Source of the DNA: Marispirochaeta sp.
GTDB lineage: Bacteria; Spirochaetota; Spirochaetia; JC444; Marispirochaetaceae
Assembly: GCA_963676835.2 (NCBI GenBank)
Contig: CAXXFF010000003.1
Span: forward strand, 480,001-544,000
Reading direction: 5' to 3'
Length of the DNA stretch: 64,000 bases
Under the pieces are notes generated by a model that was not told where the DNA came from, did no database searches, and worked only from the letters and a program-made list of their open reading frames with translations. The position numbers and the translations under genes were made by a program. The first letter of the stretch is position 1. Every line of letters begins with the position of its first letter. Positions 27,719 to 38,232 of this stretch are shown here, in pieces.

Positions 27719-29305
27719 GCGGGACTGATAGCCGGTATTCTTAACAACAGCCCTCACCTTCAGCCCCTCGCCGATTTCGGCCGAAACAGTACCTTCCAGT
27801 TGATTTACCAGTGCTTTGATTGTGGTAATCCCAAGAGAGTTACTTTCTTTGAGAAAAAAATCCTCTTCCGGCACTCTGCCGTTATTTTCGACGACTATTT
27901 CCAGCCGCTCCTCCGGGAGCTCCTTCAGGGTAACCTTTACATAACCCGCCCTTTCGGAAGGAAAGGAATGTCTGAGAGCATTGGAAACCAGTTCGTTGAT
28001 AATGAGACCAATGGGAATAGCCACATCTATCATTACCTCTATTGGAGGCACAGTACAGAGAGCGTGAACTTTACCTGGTATATTTTCCAGCAGGGAAAAA
28101 ATATGATAAACGAGATCCGGCAGGTATTCATTCAGAGGCACCGTCTCAAGATTATCAAGTTCGTACATTTTCTGATGAACCGCGGCCATTGAAAGTATAC
28201 GCACCTCGGCGGTTTTCAATGCTTCCTTGACTTCCGGATTCGTCTGGTTCTCCTCCTGAAGAGAAATAAACGAGCGTACAATCTGGAGAGAGTTTTTGGT
28301 TCTGTGGAACAGCTCCTTTATAAGAAGGTCTTTTTCTTCAGACTTCTGCTCAAGCTCCCTGGTAACGCGGTAGTAATCGCTCATATCCCGGACCAGAGCA
28401 AGGGCCTTGTCGGGTCCTGCCTGTACCAGCCGTATTTCATAATCCCTGTGCCTGCCGCTTCTGTCGGAAGAATAGTGGAAGAGCTGCACGGTCTCAGAAT
28501 CAAAAACCCTGGAAAGAGTTCTCAGCAGCTTTTCGGCATCTTCCGGAGGCAGAATATCTGAGATGTTTCGATTGGTAAGCCTACTTTTGACAAACTCATG
28601 CTGGATATCCTTATCGGAAATAAGATTTAACACTGTACCGTCCCGGCCTATCTCCGCAAGAAGGTCGGGGACCGCCTTTATCAGTGCTTCAACCCTTTCG
28701 TTTTCTGCCTGCAGCTTTTCAGCTGCTGCGGCACGCTCGTTCATTAGTTGATTAAGCTTCAGATTCTGATAAGCTTCCCGGGAAAGCTGCTCAGTAACCA
28801 GAAAAAGAGCATCCGCAATCTTACTGAACTGCTCAAAAGATATAGCAGGAATAGCATTATAGGCTTTTTTTACCTCTTTCCGCGCCAGTCCCAGAGAATC
28901 GGTGTATTCGAGAAGGTGTTTCATATCCGTTCTTTCGTTACGGACCTGGCCGATCATCCAGCTGCCGATATGTATTCCGTTCAGATAAACCGGCGATCCT
29001 GCATCAAGGAGTCCGCAGCTGTGACATGGCAGAACCAGAGGACCTTCACCTTCGCTCCGGCCTTTTCCCAGTACAGAGTCGGACTGCTGACAAAGGATAC
29101 GCCCCTTTGAGTGAGATCGTACCATGTTACAGAGTCGGGAGAAGCGGCTGGGTTTTGTGACCGGAGTGCCGTCAGGCAGGGTCATTATTGCAGCAAGACC
29201 GGTAGCCTCGGAAAAGGCATCCTGAATTGATTGAAGATCTTTTAAATTAAAGAGTTGGAGAAGAAGAGGTGTTCCCGCCTCTACCGGACTCCCAACTTTT
29301 TCCAT
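27704..29305 (-). CDS. Cytoplasmic sensor histidine kinase (PocR + PAS + HisKA_2/HATPase)
   Basis: LQSIQDAFSEATG, LCNMVR, LCQQSD, CHSCGLLD, W.IGQV; ELFHRTKNSLQ; NELVSNALRHSF; SLG. Confidence 0.88.
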   Translation of the reverse strand: MEKVGSPVEAGTPLLLQLFNLKDLQSIQDAFSEATGLAAIMTLPDGTPVTKPSRFSRLCNMVRSHSKGRILCQQSDSVLGKGRSEGEGPLVLPCHSCGLLDAGSPVYLNGIHIGSWMIGQVRNERTDMKHLLEYTDSLGLARKEVKKAYNAIPAISFEQFSKIADALFLVTEQLSREAYQNLKLNQLMNERAAAAEKLQAENERVEALIKAVPDLLAEIGRDGTVLNLISDKDIQHEFVKSRLTNRNISDILPPEDAEKLLRTLSRVFDSETVQLFHYSSDRSGRHRDYEIRLVQAGPDKALALVRDMSDYYRVTRELEQKSEEKDLLIKELFHRTKNSLQIVRSFISLQEENQTNPEVKEALKTAEVRILSMAAVHQKMYELDNLETVPLNEYLPDLVYHIFSLLENIPGKVHALCTVPPIEVMIDVAIPIGLIINELVSNALRHSFPSERAGYVKVTLKELPEERLEIVVENNGRVPEEDFFLKESNSLGITTIKALVNQLEGTVSAEIGEGLKVRAVVKNTGYQSRLFKK

Positions 29306-29371
29306 ACAAAGATTATGCCACCGATACAGATGGGGAGCAAGCGTTTTTGCACAGCATTCCTGAAAAGAGGC

Positions 29372-30535
29372 TTAATCCTGTTTGCCCTCTTCCCGGTGCA
29401 GCCCCTGGTACACATCGGTACGATCGATATAGACAGTGAGGCTGCAGGAGTTCCGGTTACTGCTTTTTATTTCCAGTTTCAGCTTCATGAGACCGAATTC
29501 AGCCTCCACCTTATTCTCTTCTTCCGCAGTGGAAAGCTCAAAATGGCGTACTTCACCTTCATGACGAAGATCGAGAAACAGTGTGCCCGTACCGTCGGCA
29601 AACTCTGCTTTTCCCTCCACGGAAGCGACAACTTCATTACCCTGCCGGTCGGTAAAAGTCAAATCTTCAGCAAACTGCAGTTCCGGGTCCCTGTCTGCAT
29701 ACATGGTCTTGGAAAGGTGAAAGAGCTTCTGCATATCATAAAGAAAGGAGTTGAAATGCCGTTCCTTGCCCCTTACAACGATTCTGCCCCCGGGGGTTAC
29801 CTGAACAGTTGCCGACCAGTTTCTGAAGATAACTTCAGGAAGATCGACGGTACCGAAATCTGCTCCGAGGTCTGTCATAATGGTATGCGATCCGGGCGCA
29901 ACATTACTGATGACGAAGGGAATCCGGGAATCGTTTCCGGTGTATCCCACAAACTTTCCATCCAGGTAAATTTCAGCATCCATCAGATTGGAATGAAAGG
30001 CAATTTCGCCGGGCTTCTCATCCTGAAGGGAGAGTATGGACCGGTCTGTTTCGGGAGTTGCAAAAGTAACCCGGGCTCCGCTTATGGCGGCAACTGCTTT
30101 TTCCGCAAGACGGTGAACCGCATTTTCCGTAGCACCCCTGTCGGTTACAGCAATGGCGGTACCGGTTTCAACGTCAGTAATGGTAAGGGAGAACAGAACC
30201 TCCAGACCGATAAAAACGTAGCTTCCGTGAACAAGAAAATCCGCACCAGCAAGACGGCCGATTTCGACGGCTTTTTCATCATCAGCGATAAGCCCGGAAA
30301 GCACCATGCGCTGCTCATCAAGAACATCTTCAATTTTATTTCTGTTGACAAGCTTAACGCCGGGGGAACGTGAAAAATCAAAAAGAAGCAGCCCCTCTAC
30401 AATGCCTGTAAGGTAATCGTAGCGGGGGTCGCCTCCGGTATTCTCAATTCCAGCCAGAGCCACGGAAGATTCCGAGTACAGGGTGCCGCCTAAAAGAACA
30501 CACAGCAGCAGTATGGCAGAAACAGTCTTTTTCAT
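29372..30535 (-). CDS. Secreted CsgG/FlgO-like + PEGA domain protein
   Basis: MKKTVSA signal with GAGG SD; LVNRNKIEDVLDEQ...IGRLAGADFLVHGS...DVETG; DAEIYLDGKFVG. Confidence 0.75.
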   Translation of the reverse strand: MKKTVSAILLLCVLLGGTLYSESSVALAGIENTGGDPRYDYLTGIVEGLLLFDFSRSPGVKLVNRNKIEDVLDEQRMVLSGLIADDEKAVEIGRLAGADFLVHGSYVFIGLEVLFSLTITDVETGTAIAVTDRGATENAVHRLAEKAVAAISGARVTFATPETDRSILSLQDEKPGEIAFHSNLMDAEIYLDGKFVGYTGNDSRIPFVISNVAPGSHTIMTDLGADFGTVDLPEVIFRNWSATVQVTPGGRIVVRGKERHFNSFLYDMQKLFHLSKTMYADRDPELQFAEDLTFTDRQGNEVVASVEGKAEFADGTGTLFLDLRHEGEVRHFELSTAEEENKVEAEFGLMKLKLEIKSSNRNSCSLTVYIDRTDVYQGLHREEGKQD

Positions 30536-30729
30536 TCCCTCGTCCTTAAATACACTCATAATAGTCCCCGAAGAGACATTCAACAGATAAACAGAGTAGC
30601 CTGATATACAATATTTATCAATTACGGAGCTATACTTGAGAAAAGGCAATTCTTAGTCAAAACGGCAGGAGCTTGACAAGGTAAATTGGAAAAGTAAAAA
30701 AGACAGGACCTATATGTTAAGGATAAAAA

Positions 30730-30781
30730 TCCCGGAAACCGTGGAAACCCCAGGTAATTCCTGATCAAACGGTTTCCGGGA
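30730..30781 (-). terminator. Stem-loop downstream of the RraA-family gene
   Basis: TCCCGGAAACCGT / ACGGTTTCCGGGA 13-bp inverted repeat followed by TTTT on the minus strand. Confidence 0.6.
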
Positions 30782-30789
30782 GACAAACT

Positions 30790-31506
30790 CTATTTGGCAG
30801 CCCGAAGTCTGGCCATTTCAGAGCGCCAGAATTCCAGCTGTTTCAGGTCTACTTCACGGCCTTCGGCAATTGCAGCCCGGCAGTTTTCCAGAACCGGCAT
30901 TTCCGCATCTGCAGCCTTTTTACAGGCAGCGGCAAGTTCAGGTGCAACTTCCGCGGGGATAAGCACTACACCGTGCTGATCAGCTGCCAGAAGATCTCCC
31001 GGGTTAACAGTAACTCCGCCCACTTTGACAGGGATGTTGTACTCTTCAATATGAATGTACCCATGGGTAACCAGCAGGCATTTTGCAAAAAATCCGAACC
31101 CCAGGGGACCGACTTCGTTAAGATCTCGAACACCGCCGTTGGTAATAGTACCCACTGCGCCGAGAGATTTGTGTACCGTGGCGTTTACCTCACCCCACCA
31201 GGAACCGCAGGGTTCGGGATCGATATCCTCCGCAACAGCAATAGCAGGACGGGGAGTTTTCTGCAGAACCTCGTAATATTTCATCCAGTTATCAAGATGT
31301 GCCTGGGTGGGAGGGTTTGCAGCTGAAATCCTGGCTGTACAGGCATAGCCGATCATAGTTTTTCCATAGGGAAGAATACATTTAATTTCAGGAGTCATTG
31401 CTCCCTCTGTGCGGGGACGAACATCAAACCTCTCAATAGCATTGGCAATGGTAGGTGTATCGAATCCTCTCAGTCCTTCAATCTGTGCGGATGTTAAAAG
31501 TGCCAT
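30790..31506 (-). CDS. RraA family protein / 4-hydroxy-4-methyl-2-oxoglutarate aldolase-like
   Basis: DTPTIANAIE, GYACT, WWGEVN, TNGGVRD, PGDLLAADQHGVV. Confidence 0.88.
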   Translation of the reverse strand: MALLTSAQIEGLRGFDTPTIANAIERFDVRPRTEGAMTPEIKCILPYGKTMIGYACTARISAANPPTQAHLDNWMKYYEVLQKTPRPAIAVAEDIDPEPCGSWWGEVNATVHKSLGAVGTITNGGVRDLNEVGPLGFGFFAKCLLVTHGYIHIEEYNIPVKVGGVTVNPGDLLAADQHGVVLIPAEVAPELAAACKKAADAEMPVLENCRAAIAEGREVDLKQLEFWRSEMARLRAAK

Positions 31507-31551
31507 TTGGTCTCCTTCAGGTTTTCGCGGCCGTATACGGCAACTGTAAAC

Positions 31552-31606
31552 TTGTATACAATTCTAATATTGCATTCATTATAATTTTCATCCGGTAATT
31601 GGTCAA
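31552..31606 (-). promoter_or_regulatory. Promoter of the RraA-family gene plus GntR-type operator
   Basis: TTGACC (31601-06)-17-TATAAT (31578-83); perfect palindrome TTGTATACAA at 31552-31561. Confidence 0.7.
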
Positions 31607-31754
31607 CCGAGGAAAGGATTAAATAAAGTTGATTTCTTAAGCCCCTGTAGCTCTTTTGCATGACCAATGCTCTGGTCATTGAATAAAAAAAGACTTATAG
31701 TACTGCTTATTGTATGCAATCTTATGCATGAAAATTCAATAATCCGGGTGCATT

Positions 31755-32372
31755 ATGGACATTCTTGAATACGAAGATCTTGAAGAAGGTGTTTTTGACA
31801 GCATCATTGCCATGCTGCTTGAAGGCAGTTTAAAACCCGGAGACAAGCTTAATCAGCTTATGCTTGCCCGCTCCCTTAATGCATCGCGGACGCCGATAAA
31901 TGCAGTTTTATCACATCTGGAAGCTCTGATGATTGTGGAAAAAAGCCCCAGGCGGGGGTATTTTGTTCCCCGGTATCCCGAGTTAGAACTTAAAAAAGTA
32001 CTGCCCCTGTTTTCTCAGAACTGTAGAAATCTTCTCAATATAATAATCAGCCGCTCTGTCTCCATCAGGTCATGGAGGGAAGAATGGAACGGCAGTATTT
32101 CACTGGAATCAGCAAACAGTGCAGTGCTTATATACACCTTCATCGACTCCCTTACCGATAAAGCAGAGAACCGCTTTCTGAAAGGTCCTCTGATGAGTCA
32201 GGTGATAATCCTTCTTGTGGCAGGAAGAATATATTCCGCTGATTCTGATGAAACAAAATCAATTCTGGACAAGAGTGCTGACGCCCTGGGAAAAGGGAAC
32301 TCCGACGCAGCCATACAGGCCTTTGAAGAACTGGCGGATTTTCTCAGTACAAGTCTATTCGCCACTCTCTGA
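31755..32372 (+). CDS. GntR family regulator (divergent C-terminal domain)
   Basis: LKPGDKL...LARSLNASRTPINAVL...PRRGYFV. Confidence 0.8.
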   Translation: MDILEYEDLEEGVFDSIIAMLLEGSLKPGDKLNQLMLARSLNASRTPINAVLSHLEALMIVEKSPRRGYFVPRYPELELKKVLPLFSQNCRNLLNIIISRSVSIRSWREEWNGSISLESANSAVLIYTFIDSLTDKAENRFLKGPLMSQVIILLVAGRIYSADSDETKSILDKSADALGKGNSDAAIQAFEELADFLSTSLFATL

Positions 32373-33059
32373 GGGAAAATCAAACAGCAGTCCAACTTCT
32401 ACATCATTCTGTTTCAGGTGATCCGCAAGGGCATCTCTGGATCTGATATGATGCTCAAGCATCCGGTTCTGAGCTTCCACTGCATCTTCGTTACGTATTG
32501 CCGCAAAAATATTGCGGTGTTCCTGGATGGTTTCATCGGTGGTCCGTATAAAGCCCATATGAAAAGATGTGGTAATAAGATTAAAGGTCTGTATGAATTT
32601 TTCAAACAGAAGATTTCCCGATTCAAGCAGCACAGTCCGGTGAAACTCACGGTCAACAATCTGAAAATCCCTTGAAGATCTGGATGAGTAAGCTGTCTCC
32701 AGTTTCGATTCAAACTGCAGAAGATTGTTTAACTTCTCTTTATCCCCGGATTCTATACAATGCCTTAAGGCCATACTCTCCATGGCCGCTCGGGCTTCAT
32801 AGTAATCAAGCAGATACTGGGGGGTGTATTCACGGGTAAAAAATCCCTCTTTACCCCGCTTTTCAATCAGGTCTTCACCGATAAGCCGTTTAATGGCTTC
32901 ATTTACCGGGGTTGGACTGACTTTCAGCTGTTCACACAGATGCGCCTTATCAATTTTTGATCCAGGTGCAATTCTTTTGTCAAAAATCATTTGCTTGAGT
33001 TCCCTGTAAACCCGGTCGCCAATAAAAACTTTCTTGATTTTTCTGAAGTTACCTGCCAT
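32355..33059 (-). CDS. GntR family regulator, FCD type
   Basis: PGSKI...VSPTPVNEAIKRL; R..ME; DREFH; EHRNI; HI. Confidence 0.9.
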   Translation of the reverse strand: MAGNFRKIKKVFIGDRVYRELKQMIFDKRIAPGSKIDKAHLCEQLKVSPTPVNEAIKRLIGEDLIEKRGKEGFFTREYTPQYLLDYYEARAAMESMALRHCIESGDKEKLNNLLQFESKLETAYSSRSSRDFQIVDREFHRTVLLESGNLLFEKFIQTFNLITTSFHMGFIRTTDETIQEHRNIFAAIRNEDAVEAQNRMLEHHIRSRDALADHLKQNDVEVGLLFDFPSESGE

Positions 33060-33187
33060 AGATACAATCCGTCCTGTACATCTTTGTTATGAGTGTACAA
33101 TAAAATCCGCCTTTGTTCATCACTTTTCGTCTCTCCTTAAAATGTGTACTATTTATTGAGGCAATTTTATACTCGGGAGTTATTCAT

Positions 33188-33829
33188 ATGCTGAAGGCGG
33201 TTATTTTCGATCTTGATGGAGTTATAGTTTCCACCGACGAATACCATTACAGGGCGTGGAAGGAGCTGGCCCGTTTTCTCAATCTGCCCTTTACCCGGGA
33301 AGATAATACCCGCCAGCGCGGCGTAAGCCGCATGGAGAGCCTTGAGGTTGTCCTTGAGAAATCGGACTACCCCTACTCCGACGATGATAAGGAATATCTT
33401 GCAGCCCGTAAAAACAGCATATACCGCAACCTCCTCGAAGAGCTTGGCCCCTCGGACATACTTCCCGGAGCAAAAGAGTTTGCCGGAACTGCCCGCCACA
33501 AAGGGCTTAAAATTGCCATCGGTTCTTCTTCAAGGAACACACCTGTTATACTGCAAAAGATCGGACTGAAAAATTTCTTTGATGCCGTTGCCGATGGCAA
33601 TGATATTACCCGGTCGAAACCGGACCCTCAGGTCTTTCTAATCGCAGCGGAGCGGATTGGCATTGCACCGGAGGAGTGTATTGTAATAGAAGATGCTGAT
33701 GCCGGGATTGAAGCAGCCATAGCAGCTGGAATGAAGACTCTTGCGGTCGGCGCTGCGAGTACAAATGCGAAAGCGGATTACCGGGCTGAAGATCTTGAAA
33801 AAATTGGAATAACAGAGATCCTGCAATAG
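33188..33829 (+). CDS. pgmB: Beta-phosphoglucomutase (HAD)
   Basis: FDLDGV, HYRAW, GVSRMESL, SSSRN, KPDPQVF, IEDA; GGAG SD before ATG 33188. Confidence 0.92.
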   Translation: MLKAVIFDLDGVIVSTDEYHYRAWKELARFLNLPFTREDNTRQRGVSRMESLEVVLEKSDYPYSDDDKEYLAARKNSIYRNLLEELGPSDILPGAKEFAGTARHKGLKIAIGSSSRNTPVILQKIGLKNFFDAVADGNDITRSKPDPQVFLIAAERIGIAPEECIVIEDADAGIEAAIAAGMKTLAVGAASTNAKADYRAEDLEKIGITEILQ

Positions 33830-34007
33830 CAGAAACTACAGTTGAATAGTGAATAAAAACCTATAAAGATAAGTACAGGATAAATTAAAAAGATTCATTC
33901 CTTTTTGTTTACAATTTTATAAACCAGTAACATTTTTACAGTCTGATCGTGTTACAGACTCTATAACCATATATCCGAGGCCCAAACGGCTGCAGCCGGA
34001 GGAAATA

Positions 34008-35075
34008 ATGAAAAACAATGTCCGATTAACCATTTCAGCAGTATTACTGCTACCCATACTTTTTGCCTCATGCGGGAACAGAGGAGAAGCATCCGCTCCT
34101 CTGGAAAACGGCAAAAAAGCTGTACCCGTACGTACAGCCCAGCTTATACCCCGTGATTTTACTGAATACGGCGAGTACTACGGAACCCTTGAACCTTCAG
34201 CAGAAGCTGTACTGACAGTCCCTGCGGGAGGCACCGTTGAAGCTATCAGTGTTCAGGTAGGAGAGTTTGTTGAAGAAAACACTTCACTGGGCTCGGTGGA
34301 GCTGGAATCCGCACTGGCCTCCTTGAGAGTGGCAGAACTGAACGAGCAGATAAGCCGAGAAACCTATCAACGGCAGAATGAACTTCTCCAGCGGGGCAAT
34401 GCGGCAAAGCTTGCGGTAGATCAGGCTGAACTGGCATGGAAAACCGCACAGGTAAATTTAATCAGTGCCAGAGAAATGTATGCCGGTGCAGAGTGCAGAA
34501 CTCCCCTGACTGGAACAGTACTATCCCGCCACATGGAGCTTTACGACGAGCTCAGCCAGGGGGCGGCAAGCTTTACGGTTGCCGATACCAGCAGCATGCG
34601 GGTTGAAATTGGAATTCCCGAAAGCGAGATAGCCGGTATAGCTCCGGGAAACAGTGCCGAAATATTTCTGGACATATACCCTGGAGAATCATGGCAGGGA
34701 ACCCTTTCCTCCCTGGACCGGCAGGTTTCTTCAGTAAGCCTCACCTTTACCGGTGAGGTGGAGATCGATAACAGCAAGGGCATCCTCTCTCCGGGACTCA
34801 CAGCAAAGATCCGTCTGGTACGCAGGGTTTTGAAAGACAGTATTGTGGTTCCCTCAGGTGCAGTTCTCAATGACGGCACAGAGAGCTACATAATGCTTGC
34901 TGAAGGCGATACAGCCAGGCGGATAACGGTTATACCCGGAGCCTCAGACGGAGACAACACGGTAATAAACTTCACCACCGGCTCACCGGAACCGGCATCG
35001 GAAGAGATTATCATTGAAGGGAATCATCTGGTCCGGGACGGCGGAAGTATAGAACGAATTCCTTTGAAAGGGTAG
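34008..35075 (+). CDS. RND efflux periplasmic adaptor (MFP) lipoprotein
   Basis: FASC lipobox; GGTVEAISVQVGEFV, TPLTGTV, LSPGL, VVPSGAV. Confidence 0.9.
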   Translation: MKNNVRLTISAVLLLPILFASCGNRGEASAPLENGKKAVPVRTAQLIPRDFTEYGEYYGTLEPSAEAVLTVPAGGTVEAISVQVGEFVEENTSLGSVELESALASLRVAELNEQISRETYQRQNELLQRGNAAKLAVDQAELAWKTAQVNLISAREMYAGAECRTPLTGTVLSRHMELYDELSQGAASFTVADTSSMRVEIGIPESEIAGIAPGNSAEIFLDIYPGESWQGTLSSLDRQVSSVSLTFTGEVEIDNSKGILSPGLTAKIRLVRRVLKDSIVVPSGAVLNDGTESYIMLAEGDTARRITVIPGASDGDNTVINFTTGSPEPASEEIIIEGNHLVRDGGSIERIPLKG

Positions 35076-35088
35076 ACAGGTTAAAAAC

Positions 35089-38000
35089 ATGATTGCTTTT
35101 CTGATAAACAAACGTACTGCGGTTTTTACCGCATCCATACTTATAATATTCATAGGCGTAATGGCCTATATCGGTCTGCCCAGAGAAAGTACACCGGAAA
35201 TAAAGCAGCCCTGGATATTCATCAACACTATTTATGCCGGCGTATCCCCCCAGGATATAGAATCCCTGGTTACTGAACCTATCGAAGAGGCCCTGGACGG
35301 CATTGAAGGACTGGACAAGATAAGCTCCTCAAGCAGACAGAGCAGCTCTTCCATTTTTGCCCAGTTTGACGGAGATGTAGATGTTGAAACTGCACTGCGG
35401 CGGGTGAAAGACCGGGTGGATACCGCCAAGGCGGACCTGCCGGAAGACGCCGAGGATCCGACAGTAGCAGAGTTCAGCTCCACAGACTGGCCTATCTTTA
35501 TTGTGGTACTCTCCCACCCCCAGGGAGTACAGCGGATAGACACCGAAACCGACGATCTGAAAGACAAGCTTAAACGGGTTCCGGGAGTTCTGGATGTGGA
35601 TATTTCCGGAAACCTCTCCCGGGAAGTTGCCGTGGAAATAGATCCTGCAAAGCTGAAGTACTACGATCTGACACTGGATGATGTAGCTTCAGCCATAAAT
35701 TATGAAAACACTACTATTCCCGGGGGAACCCTGGAAAACTCAGCCAGGAATTATGCCCTGGCGGTAACCGGTGAGATTAAAGACAGCAGCGACTTTGGAG
35801 ATATTATCGTATCCGACGGACCCATACAGGTACCCTTAAGGGAACTTGGAACCGTGCGCTTTGCAGCTGCTGCACAGGAATCCTACTCCAGACTGGACGG
35901 GCATCCGGCTATAAGCCTGGAGATTAAAAAGAGAACAGGCAGCAATATTATAGATGTTGTAGACGCGGTTAAAGCGACTATAGATCAGTACCGCGACAGC
36001 TTTCCGGAAGGGACAGAAATTGTCTACACCTACGATGAGTCGGACTCAATCAAGGAGACAATTCTGGACCTGGAAAACAACATGTTTTCAGGCTTTGTTC
36101 TGGTACTGCTGGTTACCCTCTTTTTCCTAGGCTTCCGCAACTCACTCTTTGTATCCCTGGCCATCCCCTTTTCCATGCTTATCTCTTTCTTTATTCTGCA
36201 GATAAGCGGGGTAACCCTGAACATGGTTGTACTTTTCAGCCTGATTGTAGCCCTGGGAATGTTAGTGGATAACGGGATTGTAATAGTTGAGAATATATTC
36301 CGCCACTCATCCATGGGCAAAGACCGGGTACAGGCAACCATAGACGGAGCAAAAGAGGTTGCAGGGCCTATACTGGCCTCTACTATTACCACCTGTCTGG
36401 CATTTTTTCCCATTATTTTCATGCCCGGTATTATGGGGCAGTTTATGTCCTACGTTCCCATAACAGTAATTACCGTTCTGGGAAGCTCCCTGCTTGTAGC
36501 ACTGACTATCAATCCGGTCTTCTGTTCCCGCTTTATGTCGGTATCCGAAAAAGACCGGCAGAAGATGGTTTCCGGTTCCGGTTTTTTCAGCAAAGTGCAG
36601 AAATACTATACGGGTATACTCTGCTGGGCCATGCACCGCCCGGTACGGGTGGCCCTGGGATCGCTTTTTCTGGTAATAGCCGGGTTTGTTCTCTACGGGA
36701 TCGTAGGAAAAGAGCCCCTGTTCTTCCCCGAAACTGATCCGCCTAGCGCTATTATCAGCCTGGAAGCCCGGCAGGGAACTCCCCTGAACGAAACAGATAC
36801 CCTTGCCCGGAGAGTGGAAGAGCTGATCAGCGGAGTGGATACTTCCATGGAGCACTACCAGACAACCGCCGGAGCCTCCGGGGGAGCATCATCCAATACC
36901 GCTACTGTCCGTGTTGAATTTCTTCCCTATCTTGAGCGGAAAATAAGCGGCGTTGATTCCACGGAAAACCTGAAGGCCGCAATGGAAGGATATACCGGAG
37001 CCAAAGTCACCTTCGAAGAGGTCGAGAACGGCCCCCCCTCGGGACATCCGGTCTCCTACCGAATTACCGGCGACGAGTATGAGATTATCGGAAAGATATC
37101 GCAGCAGGTAACGGATATTCTCGAGGAGTACCCGGAGCTGAAAGGCATATCCAGCGACTATGAAGCATCCCGCCCGGAGATTGCGGTACAGATAAACAGA
37201 ACCAAGGCAGCATACTTCGGTCTTTCCACCGCTGAAATTGCCATGACCGTGCGCAATGCCATTCAGGGATCTACCGTAGGCACCTACCGGCAGGATGCCC
37301 GGGAATACGATGTAGTTCTCCGCTATGCCGATGCCTACCGCAAGGATATCAACCAGCTGAAGAATCTGATTATACCCGCAGGCAACGGCAACAGGGTCCC
37401 TCTGTCACTGGTTGCAGACCTTGAGTACCGCTCTTCCGTCGCGGTAATCAAACGGGCAGACAGGGAACGGAATGTTGAGGTGTGGGCTGATTTCAAGCCT
37501 GATGTGCAAAACAAACAGGAGATCAATAAAGACATTGCAGAGAAAATTGCCGCCCTGACTGTTCCTGCAGGCTACTACCTGGGCACCGGTGAAGGTCTTG
37601 AGATCAGGGAGGAGTCATCCACATTTCTGATCCAGGCATTTCTTATTGCCCTGTTTCTTATTCTGGTGGTACTGATTGCCCAGTTCAACTCGATTATAGA
37701 CCCCATGATAATTATCTTTTCGGTGTTCCTTTCAATGGGAGGAGTCTTCTGGGGCTATGCTCTGACAGGAATGAGCTTTATCGTAATAATGTCCGGTATC
37801 GGCTGTATCGCCCTGGCGGGGGTTGCTGTAAATAACTGTATAGTTCTGGTGGATTATACCAATCTGCTTATCAGGCAGGGAGAACACTGGAGTGATGCCC
37901 TTGTTGAAGCCGGGAGGACCAGACTGCGTCCCGTACTGCTTACGGCAATAACCACGGTGCTGGGAATGATACCCATGGCCCTGGGAATCAGCTTTGATAT

Positions 38001-38232
38001 TCACCAGTTTACCCTTCAGATAGGCAGTGAACAGTCCGAGTTCTGGAAGGCCTTCGCCTGGGCCATGATCTTCGGACTCAGCTTTGCAACCATTATGACC
38101 CTGATTGTCGTGCCGGTACTGCTGCACATAAAGTTCTCCCTGCTTCATAGAGGAGACCGTCAGATCGAGAAGATCCTTCAGGGTGCCTGTCCTGCGGGTG
38201 CGTCGGAATCCCCTCTGCCGGACAGAGTATAA
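35089..38232 (+). CDS. RND efflux permease (AcrB/AcrD/AcrF family)
   Basis: GMLVDNGIVIVENI, VNNCIVLVD, RLRPVLLT; 1047 aa. Confidence 0.95.
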   Translation: MIAFLINKRTAVFTASILIIFIGVMAYIGLPRESTPEIKQPWIFINTIYAGVSPQDIESLVTEPIEEALDGIEGLDKISSSSRQSSSSIFAQFDGDVDVETALRRVKDRVDTAKADLPEDAEDPTVAEFSSTDWPIFIVVLSHPQGVQRIDTETDDLKDKLKRVPGVLDVDISGNLSREVAVEIDPAKLKYYDLTLDDVASAINYENTTIPGGTLENSARNYALAVTGEIKDSSDFGDIIVSDGPIQVPLRELGTVRFAAAAQESYSRLDGHPAISLEIKKRTGSNIIDVVDAVKATIDQYRDSFPEGTEIVYTYDESDSIKETILDLENNMFSGFVLVLLVTLFFLGFRNSLFVSLAIPFSMLISFFILQISGVTLNMVVLFSLIVALGMLVDNGIVIVENIFRHSSMGKDRVQATIDGAKEVAGPILASTITTCLAFFPIIFMPGIMGQFMSYVPITVITVLGSSLLVALTINPVFCSRFMSVSEKDRQKMVSGSGFFSKVQKYYTGILCWAMHRPVRVALGSLFLVIAGFVLYGIVGKEPLFFPETDPPSAIISLEARQGTPLNETDTLARRVEELISGVDTSMEHYQTTAGASGGASSNTATVRVEFLPYLERKISGVDSTENLKAAMEGYTGAKVTFEEVENGPPSGHPVSYRITGDEYEIIGKISQQVTDILEEYPELKGISSDYEASRPEIAVQINRTKAAYFGLSTAEIAMTVRNAIQGSTVGTYRQDAREYDVVLRYADAYRKDINQLKNLIIPAGNGNRVPLSLVADLEYRSSVAVIKRADRERNVEVWADFKPDVQNKQEINKDIAEKIAALTVPAGYYLGTGEGLEIREESSTFLIQAFLIALFLILVVLIAQFNSIIDPMIIIFSVFLSMGGVFWGYALTGMSFIVIMSGIGCIALAGVAVNNCIVLVDYTNLLIRQGEHWSDALVEAGRTRLRPVLLTAITTVLGMIPMALGISFDIHQFTLQIGSEQSEFWKAFAWAMIFGLSFATIMTLIVVPVLLHIKFSLLHRGDRQIEKILQGACPAGASESPLPDRV

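Noticed and set aside
29255..30373. 372-aa + strand ORF
   Set aside because: Antisense shadow of the CsgG/PEGA gene; no motif or SD. The same applies to 1809-2531, 20525-21145 and the other nested ORFs.
34008..38232. RND pair lacking TolC
   Set aside because: Outer-membrane factors are commonly encoded elsewhere.
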